Positions 50,503 to 60,164 of a DNA stretch of 64,000 nt are shown here, in pieces. This DNA is from Histomonas meleagridis 2922-C6/04-290x. Lineage: Eukaryota; Protista; Parabasalia. The first letter of the stretch is position 1. Every line of letters starts with the position of its first letter. The notes under the pieces are model-generated. The model worked only from the letters and a program-made list of their open reading frames with translations. It had not been told where the DNA came from and searched no databases. Location of the stretch: the NCBI GenBank assembly GCA_020184695.1, contig JAANOX010000036.1, positions 1 to 64,000 on the forward strand, in the 5' to 3' direction. The translations under genes and the position numbers were made by a program.

Positions 50503-51519
50503 TTACTCGGAGCGAACCTCCCACACGCGGATTTCACCGTTGTTATAGCCAGCATAAAGAACTGATCCATCTTCAGCCCATGCGAGTGACATGCAGTCTG
50601 GTGTACGGCCATTTCCAGAATTGCCCAATTCTGGGAAATTGGGTTGAACAAGGTCTATTTGAACCTTGTTTTGGATATCCCATACAGCGATACCTTCATA
50701 AGTTGCAGCACATATCCAAGCACGTGATGGGCATGCAGCAAGTGCATTAACAACCTGTGGTGCTGTGAATGAAAGAATCTTTTGGCCTGTTGAAACTGAC
50801 CACATGCAAACCTTATGATCTGATCCACCAGTGATGAGCCATTGACCATCTGGTGTGAAGGAAACAGTTAAGACACGACCATTGTGTGCATCAAGGTTGA
50901 AAAGTTCTTCGCGTTTTTCTTGGATCTTGTAAACTTTAACTTTGCCGTTCCAGAAACCAACTGCGAAAATGAGTGGTGCATCTTCAGAAGCCATTGGAGC
51001 GCATGAAATGGATGTACCCCATGCATTGCCTTGGATGACATCTTTGCATTCACCAAGAATGTTCCAGATACGAACGGTGTTATCACGACCAGTGGAAATG
51101 ATACGGCGGTTGCATGGAGAGAAGGCAACATCAAGAACATCCTTTGTGTGAGCATTGAAGATCTTCTTGCATGTACGTGTTTGAAGATCCCAAAGACGGA
51201 GGGTCTTGTCCCATGAGGATGTGATTAAGTGAGTTGAATCGCTGGAGAATGCAGCAGAAGATATGAAATGGTTATGACCAACAAGACGTATGTATTCTTG
51301 ACCCCAAGCTTCTTGTGTCCTTGGAAGTTTCCAGATAAGTGCTGTGCGATCACGGGAAGCAGAAACTAATTGTTTGTGTTCGTTATCAACTTGGAGAGAT
51401 GTAACAGAAAGATTGTGTCCTTTAAGAACAGCGCGTTCAATAAAATGAATTGCAACTGCTTGTGTTGGTTCTTCTTGTTGTTCTTGAACTTGAACATCAC
51501 CTTCAACTGGCTGAGCCAT
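50503..51519 (-). CDS. RACK1: RACK1/Asc1 WD40 ribosomal protein
   Basis: LKGHNLSVTSL, VSASRDRT, GHNHFISS and SSWDKTLRLWDL; ATG at 51519; CGGTTATGGCC at 51540-51550. Confidence 0.95.
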   Translation of the reverse strand: MAQPVEGDVQVQEQQEEPTQAVAIHFIERAVLKGHNLSVTSLQVDNEHKQLVSASRDRTALIWKLPRTQEAWGQEYIRLVGHNHFISSAAFSSDSTHLITSSWDKTLRLWDLQTRTCKKIFNAHTKDVLDVAFSPCNRRIISTGRDNTVRIWNILGECKDVIQGNAWGTSISCAPMASEDAPLIFAVGFWNGKVKVYKIQEKREELFNLDAHNGRVLTVSFTPDGQWLITGGSDHKVCMWSVSTGQKILSFTAPQVVNALAACPSRAWICAATYEGIAVWDIQNKVQIDLVQPNFPELGNSGNGRTPDCMSLAWAEDGSVLYAGYNNGEIRVWEVRSE

Positions 51520-51800
51520 TATCAAAGTGGATTGGACTCGGCCATAACCGTTTTCACCATTGAAATTTTTTGGGCCACAGTGAAGTGAAATTTGTTAGTG
51601 TTCACAAAATTATTCAAACTTCAAGTTGTGATTTTTAATAAATCAAAGCAAATGATATCTTTTTTAGTTAGCTAGATGTAAAAACATTCACATTTTTATG
51701 ATATAACTTTTATAAAAACTCTGGAAAAGAAGATGAGGAAAATCGGTGCTATCGTTCTGCCAATTCTTTGGCGGTTTGTTCTGATTCTAACAGTTTTCGA

Positions 51801-52471
51801 ATGTGTATGTTTCTTTTCTAATTCAAGATGGTCAAGGTGATTATGATCAACAAAGATACCGTGGTGATGGGGGAGGTCCTCGCCAATTCGATGATCGCCA
51901 TGGAGGATATGATGACCGTGGAAGATATGGTCCACCTGATGACCGAATGAGATACGGAGGCCCAGATGATTCACGCCGTGGTGGATATGATGACCGTGGA
52001 AGATATGGACCACCACAAGATCGTGGAAGAGGATATGATGATCGAGGAAGAGGTGGATATGATGACCGTGGAAGATATGGACCACCACAAGACCGTGGAA
52101 GAGGATATGATGATCGAGGAAGAGGTGGATATGATGACCGTGGAAGAGGATATGATGATCGAGGAAGAGGTGGATATGATGATCGTGGAAGAGGATATGA
52201 TGATCGTCGTGGTGGCTACGATGACCGTCGTCGTGGTCCAGATGATCGCCGCGGTGGCTATGATGATCGCCGTGGTGGCTACGATGACCGTCGCGGTGGA
52301 GGAATGCACAATGATCGTGGGAGACCTCAACGTAATGAAAATTACACAGCTCCGAATATTGATGAAAGTCTTGTTGAAAAGGTTCGCAAAAAAGTTGAAG
52401 AAGATTTCCAAGCTAATAAGTTATACGAATTTCCACAGCCCCAAAGACCAAATGGTCAAACTTGGGACTAA
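51801..52471 (+). CDS. RG/GGYDD-repeat low-complexity protein with a predicted 23-nt intron (51805-51827)
   Basis: ATG T|GTATGTTTCTTTTCTAATTCAAG|AT GGT gives MYGQGDYDQQRY in frame with the long ORF, which otherwise lacks a start ATG; internal 72-nt repeats. Confidence 0.75.
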
Positions 52472-53050
52472 TCTAATAATGGGAGTTAAACATATCAAAA
52501 ATGCAAAGAAAATTTAAAAGACATTGATTTGGTTGATTAAGGAAAGATGATTTTTTGCTTCATTATAATTGAAATCAAAAAACCGCTGACAACGGTTAAT
52601 TACCACTTTTTGACCATGATTTAATCGTAACAACTCAGAAAAAAATGATATCACTTGATGAGAAACATAGTGAATAGAATGGGATTTTTGCTAACAAGGC
52701 ATATGGGTTTTACTGATGCAAATAGATAGACTTAGTTATAAAATCTAATTAGCATAAAAACTAAATCTTCAAATTATTGAAAATTCATTTTAATAACTTT
52801 CCGTAAAATAAAATGTAATAGAACAAAGAGTATATTCATTTGATATTGAATTAACATGCGCTCAAAATAAAAGAAGATTTTTTTAATCGTTTTATGAAAT
52901 AAAAAGATAAGATTAAATACATTAAAAATAAAGAAAGGGCGTCTTTGAGTAAATGAGATCTTCGTGATTTTGTAGTAAAGTTATCATATAACTCAATTTT
53001 GGAACTATTTTTAGGTAATAAAGATTAAACGGCCGAAAATCCTGGATGTC

Positions 53051-55411
53051 ATGTCTTACAATCTGACCACTCCCATTACTCCACATCTTAACAAAAGTAT
53101 TTGTGCTTGTTCTGTAGGAAAAGATTATATATGGACTGTTTTATCAAGTGGTGAACTTTTTATTTTTGATCATCATAACTTCCAACAAATTGTTTCTCAT
53201 AAATTTAAACTTGATTATATACCGGGCCAAACTCGCGTTAGGCTAGTTTTGTCACCAGATAATCAGCAATGTCTTATTATCAAAACGCCTGGTTGTTTAT
53301 TTTATTTTTCTTTGTCAACTCCAGAAAAACCACCAATTGAACTCTCCTTAGTATCATGTGGTCTTCCTTCATGTGGCGCTTGGGTCAAGAACAATGATAC
53401 ATATTCATATATTATTTGTGGCACCAATAATGGTGAACTTGTGCAAACTTCACCGAACAAACCTATGTACACCAGTCATTTATACAAATTCCATAATGGT
53501 GTTCCAATCACAGATGTTTTTATAATATATGGAGATATCAATTATGTCATTTTAGTTTTTGGTGAAAAAATCAAATTCTTTTATGGCACTGAAGAGATCC
53601 AAGTTATCTGTAACAAAGGTCCTATTAATCGTGAGTTAGTATTAGGACCTGTTTCAACTGCGTCTATAAATCGTTGTTACATATACAAAAACCATTTCTC
53701 AGCGCTTGTACAGTATGGCATTCTCGAAATAAGTCAAATCCATGTTCAATCGCAAAAATTAATTTATCAAGAAAATGCGATTCCACTTGATTCGAGCTCC
53801 ATAACATCCTTTGTAACCAATGAATTTGGTACTTTTATAGCTCACAGTGATTATATTTTATTTATTTCCAATACTAAGCAACAAACGCAAGTACAACTTC
53901 CAATTGAAAATATAATTTATATGTCATTTGAAGGAAACATTTTAATACTTGGAACTAATGATCGATTTTATAGTATGCCGATTAGTCTTATCATACAGTT
54001 TTTATATCCATTTGCACAACGCTCTAATGATTATGAGTTAATTTTATTATTTTCGAATCAAGATGAAAATAGTAAATTAGAAACACTTAAAAATTTAATT
54101 GGAAAAATAGATGAAGAAACTATAGGAAAATATTTAGAAAATGTTAATTTCAAAAATGTAATTTCGAATTTCTTAGATCAACCTAAAGTTCTTATTTCAT
54201 ATTTTGAGAATTTATTACAAAATAACAAAAACTTAATAATGAAAAATGAAATTGTTCAATTAAATTATATATTTTATAGTCAAATAATTCCTGAAAAAGA
54301 AAAACATTTTATGAACTTTGTTACTAATTATTATAAACAATTTAATAAAAAACTTTTTTTGGAAACATTTGAAAAGATTAAATACTTCAAAGGTATAAAA
54401 CATTATTTGAATCTAATCGAAGATTATGAAACATTAATTAATTATTGTATATCATTCCAAAAATATGATGAAATAATTAAAATAATATTTCTAATACGAA
54501 ATTCGAAATTATTTATTAAATCAATTTATTTATTAATGAATAAACTTGATGAAACTAAACAAAAAGAATTATTTAATGAGATTTGTAATAAAAAACCTTT
54601 TTCACCAAAAGAAATATTTCCTTTATTAATACAATTTTCGAAATATTCCAAAAATTATATCGATTTATATCCACAATATAATACGGAAACATTTCCATTA
54701 CGAATTTTATCATTATGTAAAAATATTAATAACGAAATAATAATAAATGAAATTCAATTCTATCAAAATGATAATAATTTGTTATTAATATCATTACGAT
54801 TCTTTAATCAATTCGATCTTAAATATTATTCTTCGATAGTTTTAATGATGTTAGGTAAAATCGAAAAGTCAATTGAAGTTGCGAATTCATTAAGTTTCGA
54901 TTCCGCTAAAGATATTATAAATAATTTCGCTGATAATTCACAAACACAAAAAATTTGTTGGAAAAAATTAATTTCAATTTCATCGAATAAGAAAAAAGTT
55001 TTTGAGTTAATAAAAGATAAAAACATTTTTTCATTCGAAGAAATGATTGAGTATTCGAATGATAATGAGTATTTACTTAATTATAAAGATTTAATACTTC
55101 AATATGGAAAAAATATTCAACAAAAAATTAATATGAATATAAATAATGTGAAAATTTTACCGAAAATTGACGTAAAAAATAAAATAATTAAAATTAATGA
55201 TTGTTGTGATTTGTGTAATAAAATGTTAATCGGAAATATGTTCGTTGCGTTTCCTTGTGGTCATATGTTCCATTCGAATTGTTTAATGGATAAAATTGAT
55301 GCTTTGAAGATGGACAAGGTTATAAGAAATGATATAGAATGGAAACACTCGTGTCCATTGTGCGGATTTGTGGCAATTCCAAAAACAATTGCATATTTCG
55401 CATCGGATTAA
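53051..55411 (+). CDS. VPS18: Vps18/Pep3-like protein (beta-propeller, alpha-solenoid, C-terminal RING-H2)
   Basis: IICGTNNGEL in the propeller; CDLCNKML..FVAFPCGHMFHSNCL..CPLCG. Confidence 0.75.
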   Translation: MSYNLTTPITPHLNKSICACSVGKDYIWTVLSSGELFIFDHHNFQQIVSHKFKLDYIPGQTRVRLVLSPDNQQCLIIKTPGCLFYFSLSTPEKPPIELSLVSCGLPSCGAWVKNNDTYSYIICGTNNGELVQTSPNKPMYTSHLYKFHNGVPITDVFIIYGDINYVILVFGEKIKFFYGTEEIQVICNKGPINRELVLGPVSTASINRCYIYKNHFSALVQYGILEISQIHVQSQKLIYQENAIPLDSSSITSFVTNEFGTFIAHSDYILFISNTKQQTQVQLPIENIIYMSFEGNILILGTNDRFYSMPISLIIQFLYPFAQRSNDYELILLFSNQDENSKLETLKNLIGKIDEETIGKYLENVNFKNVISNFLDQPKVLISYFENLLQNNKNLIMKNEIVQLNYIFYSQIIPEKEKHFMNFVTNYYKQFNKKLFLETFEKIKYFKGIKHYLNLIEDYETLINYCISFQKYDEIIKIIFLIRNSKLFIKSIYLLMNKLDETKQKELFNEICNKKPFSPKEIFPLLIQFSKYSKNYIDLYPQYNTETFPLRILSLCKNINNEIIINEIQFYQNDNNLLLISLRFFNQFDLKYYSSIVLMMLGKIEKSIEVANSLSFDSAKDIINNFADNSQTQKICWKKLISISSNKKKVFELIKDKNIFSFEEMIEYSNDNEYLLNYKDLILQYGKNIQQKINMNINNVKILPKIDVKNKIIKINDCCDLCNKMLIGNMFVAFPCGHMFHSNCLMDKIDALKMDKVIRNDIEWKHSCPLCGFVAIPKTIAYFASD

Positions 55412-55907
55412 ATTATTAGAGGAAAAGGAAAATGCAGCTTGTTTTGAATAAAAGAATATTACGTAACGATTTTACACATATTGAGTTAATTATTTTTATC
55501 TTTTTATAAATGTGTTGTATGAAAAAAAGATTATTATATTTGCTGACAATTTAAAAATGATTGAATCTTTTGTATTTTAAGGATGTAAATTATTAGAGGA
55601 AAAGGAAAATGCAGTTGGAAGGGATGTATTTCATATATCTTCATTATTAATAACATAACGATTTCTAATTTTGTCACTTCAATTGAGTACCAACTGTTAT
55701 CATACAATTATTTACATTACAATTTTGGCACCGCATAATACCGGATAAATTGATGATAAAAAATATTTAAAAAAACATTTTTATTCTTCAAAATAAAATG
55801 AAATTTTAAGTAATCGTTAAAGCCAGAGGCTGTTAATTACAATTTTGATAAGGAAGAATGAATACAAAAAATAAATATTTATTAAATTACTAAAGTTCTT
55901 ATAAACA

Positions 55908-56570
55908 TCAGTCTGAAGGATTAATGTTTTCTTCTAGATCATTTTCAGGATTATTTCTGCGTTTGTGTTTATTATATATAACGATTCCCATATTAATGCA
56001 AATACTGCATGCTACAGCAGACAATGGCAAAACAGAAAAAGGCAAAAACATTGGCATGACCAAAGATAAGAAAGCTATTCGATAATTTGCATTTTTAGAA
56101 CATTCTGTGTAAACATAATTTTCTAGAATGTTCATAAAATTAGACGAGTTTATACCAAACCTGCGCCTAAATTTTAGCATTTCGAAAGAATCAATATTAT
56201 ATATTGCATATCTTTTAAAATCATCAGTTACTTCGCAAGAAAGCGAATTAACGAGCAACATTATCGTAAATGTAAGGTATCCAATACAAAACAGAGCAAA
56301 AAATATAAGTAAGTAAAAATCTTTGGCTGATATAATCTTTTTATAAGAAAATACAGCCAAAATAATTAAAGCGTTGAGAATCATACATATAAAAGTAAAT
56401 ATAATTGTAAGCACATTAGAAACAGTATCTGAACTTGTGATAAAAAAATAATAATCATCTCGTTTTATATCACTGATTTCAACACAAATCTGACCTATAT
56501 ATCCAATAAATGTAATGGATGAAAGTATACTTATTGCTGTTTTGATATACTTAATGTTTAATTCCACCAC
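55908..56570 (-). CDS. Four-TM membrane protein with tetraspanin-like topology; 5' end uncertain
   Basis: Three TM segments, a large loop, then a fourth TM; no CCG motif; ORF starts GTG and a nearby ATG is out of frame. Confidence 0.6.
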   Translation of the reverse strand: MVELNIKYIKTAISILSSITFIGYIGQICVEISDIKRDDYYFFITSSDTVSNVLTIIFTFICMILNALIILAVFSYKKIISAKDFYLLIFFALFCIGYLTFTIMLLVNSLSCEVTDDFKRYAIYNIDSFEMLKFRRRFGINSSNFMNILENYVYTECSKNANYRIAFLSLVMPMFLPFSVLPLSAVACSICINMGIVIYNKHKRRNNPENDLEENINPSD

Positions 56571-56879
56571 AAATGTTTTTGAATTGCATCATTTAAACTT
56601 TTTGTTGATCACATAGAATAAATTGAATACAGTTTCATTGGCAGTTTTCCAATAAGTTCGGGCTTGCACTCACCAAATAAACATTTGCTGAGCCATTACA
56701 ACTTAATATAACAATTATCCAACCATTATTTTTTACATATTTAACAAAATAATTTCTTTAGATTCATTGTCTGCTTTAAATTCTTCTTATTTCTTTATTA
56801 CGATTATTTCAATAATTATCGATATTTCAAACAAAATATTCTACCAATCGAAGAAGATAAATGTTGTTTATTTTTTTTT

Positions 56880-57610
56880 TTTAATGTAATTTAACTATTT
56901 CTACAACTTTTTTCAAATGATTACTTTTTAGTTATAAACTTTAAATAAAACAAATAAATATCATCAACATTAACATCAATTCCTTTTTGTTCAAGAAGTA
57001 ATTTAACAATTTCGATTCAACCATTTTTAGATTCCCAAATAAGTGCTGCTTCAAATAGCTTAAATAATTTCCAAATATTATTTTGAATTCTTAGAAAGTT
57101 AAAATAAATGTTATATAAAACAAATAAATATCATCAGCATTGATATCAATTCCTTTTTGTTCAAGAAGTAATTTAACTATTTCTGTGTGGCCTGTTAAAT
57201 GCAAAAATTTTTAAATGTTTTCAGTAACATTTACATCAACTAAATTTTGCTCAATCATTTTCTCAATTAGATAATATCGTTTGAATATTGCTTATATAAT
57301 GAGTAAAAACGTTAATGATATTAGAATTATTTTTATTTTGTTCTTCTTCTTTTCTTTGAATACCTTTAAATATATATTTAAATATAAGTCAGAATATTTT
57401 AGGTCTTTTTGCGAAAAAAATGAATAATAAAACAAACTACTAATAAGTTAAATCATATGAATATGGAAATATTGAATCATATAATTTTATTGCTCTTACA
57501 GCAGCTGTAGATAATTCAAGATTTGTATTAATTAGTTTAAAAATAATATGTTCAAGCGAAGAAGTTAATTCAGTACTGTCAATATGACTGCTTGAATCTC
57601 ATGGCTATCA
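56880..57610 (-). pseudogene. Decayed DUF3447/ankyrin paralog containing the same 80-nt spacer architecture
   Basis: Block ...GHTEIVKLLLEQKGIDINADD, spacer 57050-57129 (80 nt), block AALIWESKNG*IEIVKLLLEQKGIDVNVDD (56960-57049); upstream remnants LEHIIFKL and YLIEKMIEQNL match 32076-33389. Confidence 0.85.
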
Positions 57611-57681
57611 AGCTAGCTTTCTTTGATAAGGTCAAAATACATTAGTATTAACGTTCTCTCTTTATTAAAAACCGTTTAAGT

Positions 57682-58359
57682 ATGCTGCTGTTCTGCACAA
57701 TTTTATGTTTAAAGTGGAACACAGAATTTTTGAACTACACAGACGAAGATATATCAAAATACATGAGGAATAAAGAAGAGAAAAAATCACTATTTTTATA
57801 TTTTGGAAATTCTGATTTAAAAAAGCATCGCAAATTGATTGAAATTTTAAACATGGTTTGCGATGAGGCTAACATGTACACCAAATTTGGATATGTTGAT
57901 GTTGATTATAATTTAAAGATTACAAAATATTATGGAATTAATACTTTTCCATCAATAATACTTTTTACAAAAAAAGGCCCAACAGTTTATAAGGGAGAAG
58001 TAAGAGTAAATTCGATTTTGCGCTTTATTGTTTCCAATATGGAGAAAAACATTTTTCCTATTGATGAAAAATGGTCGATTTCCAAAGATAATTACATTGC
58101 TTTGTTCCACAAAACATTTGTGGCCCCTCCTTGTTTCATTGCACTTTCGTCACAATACATTGGGACAAACATAAAATTTGGATTTGCATCTTCAGAAGAA
58201 ATATTTGATATTTTTGGAGTTAATTCAACACCGCAACTTCTGATATCCAAAAAAGGTATTCAACAGTTTGTACCTGACTTTGCTATTTATAATTTGACAT
58301 TTTCAGATCTTCAAACTTTACTTATCAAATACTTTCCACAGGCTCAAGAAGAGTTGTAA
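57682..58359 (+). CDS. Thioredoxin-fold (PDI-like, no CxxC) secretory protein with C-terminal QEEL
   Basis: Signal-like N-terminus, KFGYVDVD..YGINTFPSIILF..YKGEVRVNSILRF; possible ER-retention tail. Confidence 0.75.
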   Translation: MLLFCTILCLKWNTEFLNYTDEDISKYMRNKEEKKSLFLYFGNSDLKKHRKLIEILNMVCDEANMYTKFGYVDVDYNLKITKYYGINTFPSIILFTKKGPTVYKGEVRVNSILRFIVSNMEKNIFPIDEKWSISKDNYIALFHKTFVAPPCFIALSSQYIGTNIKFGFASSEEIFDIFGVNSTPQLLISKKGIQQFVPDFAIYNLTFSDLQTLLIKYFPQAQEEL

Positions 58360-58602
58360 TGTTTTTTGTGAATAAAAATGTAGAGGAAACAATTGAACAT
58401 TAATAATATATTCATAATTTTTTTTAAAAATAACATGTTTTATTCACAACCTCATAGTCCTAAGCAATTTGGTTTCAAGTACTCTTCTTCAATAATTAAC
58501 ATGTTAAGCAATGATTTTTTTTGATGTAAAGTATTCAAACTATAAATTCAATATGATCGTTTAGGTACGTTATTTTCAAACGGTCAATTTTGAAATGGAG
58601 GA

Positions 58603-59955
58603 ATGAGCGCTTCCCCAGGAAAACCCATTTTGATATCAGAAAGATCTCCAGAAAAGCCAAAAACATTAAAAATAGAAAATGATTATTTACAAAGTAAATT
58701 AACAGAAAAAAAGAATATATTTGAAATACATGAATCTCAAACCCAGCGACTATCTGAACTTTCATCACTTCTAAGACAGTTGATATGTGACTTTCAAAGT
58801 GAAGGAGATTTAAAATTTGATGATTTTGAAAGAAACCAAGATCTTGAACCCAAAAAGGCCATATCGATCATTCGGAATGGGTTGAGCAAATTTCTTAATT
58901 ATCACGAGAAACTTAAATCGAGTTATGAGCTTGAATTTTCACGAAATTTGTTTGAATTAAATCAGAAGCTTGATGCCAAAAGGTTCGAATTAGCAGCTGA
59001 AGAATCTCTTTTATTAGAAGCGCAACAAGAATCTGTTCATAAGCAAAAGATCATTGATACAATAATAAATGAAAAGAAGATAATTGAACAAACTATTCAA
59101 CTAAAGCAATCATCACTTAATCGACGCAAAGCGTCCAGTTCCCGCGATATTTCTCTTATCAATGATCAACTAAATAATGCAATTCAAAATCAAAATCGAT
59201 CAGAATCATTACTTGTCAGTGAAGAAGTCGAAATCCATTCCAAGAATGCTCAGATTTCGGAACGGAACACTCTTTATTCACAGCGCCAACAATCGCATCA
59301 AGACTCTCTGAAAAAAGTGACACGTCTTCGCAATGAATATCAAAAAGAAAGTCATCAACATAATATTACGCGATCATTATTAGATCAATCTAAAGAAGAA
59401 CTTTTTTCATTAAAGCGAACAATTGAATCATATCGAAACAATCTTAAAACTCAAGAACTTTATAATACTGAAATTGATAATCAAAGATTAAAATCGGTAA
59501 TTAATATTGAGAAAGATGAATTTGAAGACAAAATGAAAATGCAAATTAATTATCAGAAAGAATTAGAAGAAGAAATTAATAAATTAAATCATCGAATTGA
59601 CTTATTAAATAATCAATTAACACAATCGGAACAAAAATTACAAACATTACTAATGAAAATTCCGGACTTTGTACAACTAAAACAAGCATTGGATAATTCA
59701 TTGGAAAGTTCAAAGAAATATAAAGAATTCGTACAAAAGAGAAAATATGTTTTGGATGAAATTCAAGAACGAAACAGAATTTTGGAGATGCAGAAGATCC
59801 AAGAAAGCAAAGACAGGATGAAGCTGCTGAATACACTAATGCCGTCGAAAGAAGCTGAAAAAGAAAACGAGTTAAAAATTGAGGAACTGATCGAAGAGAG
59901 CCAGAAAAACCAAAAAGAAATGGATGAACTGATAGAAGAGATTGGAATGAAATGA
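58603..59955 (+). CDS. Long coiled-coil protein, 450 aa
   Basis: E/K/Q/L-rich heptads; no family recognised. Confidence 0.75.
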   Translation: MSASPGKPILISERSPEKPKTLKIENDYLQSKLTEKKNIFEIHESQTQRLSELSSLLRQLICDFQSEGDLKFDDFERNQDLEPKKAISIIRNGLSKFLNYHEKLKSSYELEFSRNLFELNQKLDAKRFELAAEESLLLEAQQESVHKQKIIDTIINEKKIIEQTIQLKQSSLNRRKASSSRDISLINDQLNNAIQNQNRSESLLVSEEVEIHSKNAQISERNTLYSQRQQSHQDSLKKVTRLRNEYQKESHQHNITRSLLDQSKEELFSLKRTIESYRNNLKTQELYNTEIDNQRLKSVINIEKDEFEDKMKMQINYQKELEEEINKLNHRIDLLNNQLTQSEQKLQTLLMKIPDFVQLKQALDNSLESSKKYKEFVQKRKYVLDEIQERNRILEMQKIQESKDRMKLLNTLMPSKEAEKENELKIEELIEESQKNQKEMDELIEEIGMK

Positions 59956-60164
59956 AATTTGTTAATAAAAATTGTTTTATTTCATAATTCAAATTCTCTT
60001 GTTAAAAATTTTTTTTTCATTAAAAAGTAATTTACTTTAGAAAGAATAAATGCAGAATTCGATGTGAATAAAAAATAATTTTCATTATACAAAAAAATTT
60101 TTAAGTATTTTTCAATAAATATTTTTCATATGTCATTATAAAAACAAATTCAAAATTCCTTTTT

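Noticed and set aside
51966-52517. Alternative-frame and antisense ORFs over the RG repeat (MIHAVVDMM..., MEIFFNFF...)
   Set aside because: Shadow ORFs caused by low-complexity repeats; the same applies to antisense ORFs over dynamin, RACK1, TBC, Vps33 and NOP2.
56560-56600. Programmed frameshift or intron at the 5' end of the four-TM gene (out-of-frame ATG ATG CAA TTC)
   Set aside because: No splice motif or slippery site of adequate quality; a single indel error is simpler.
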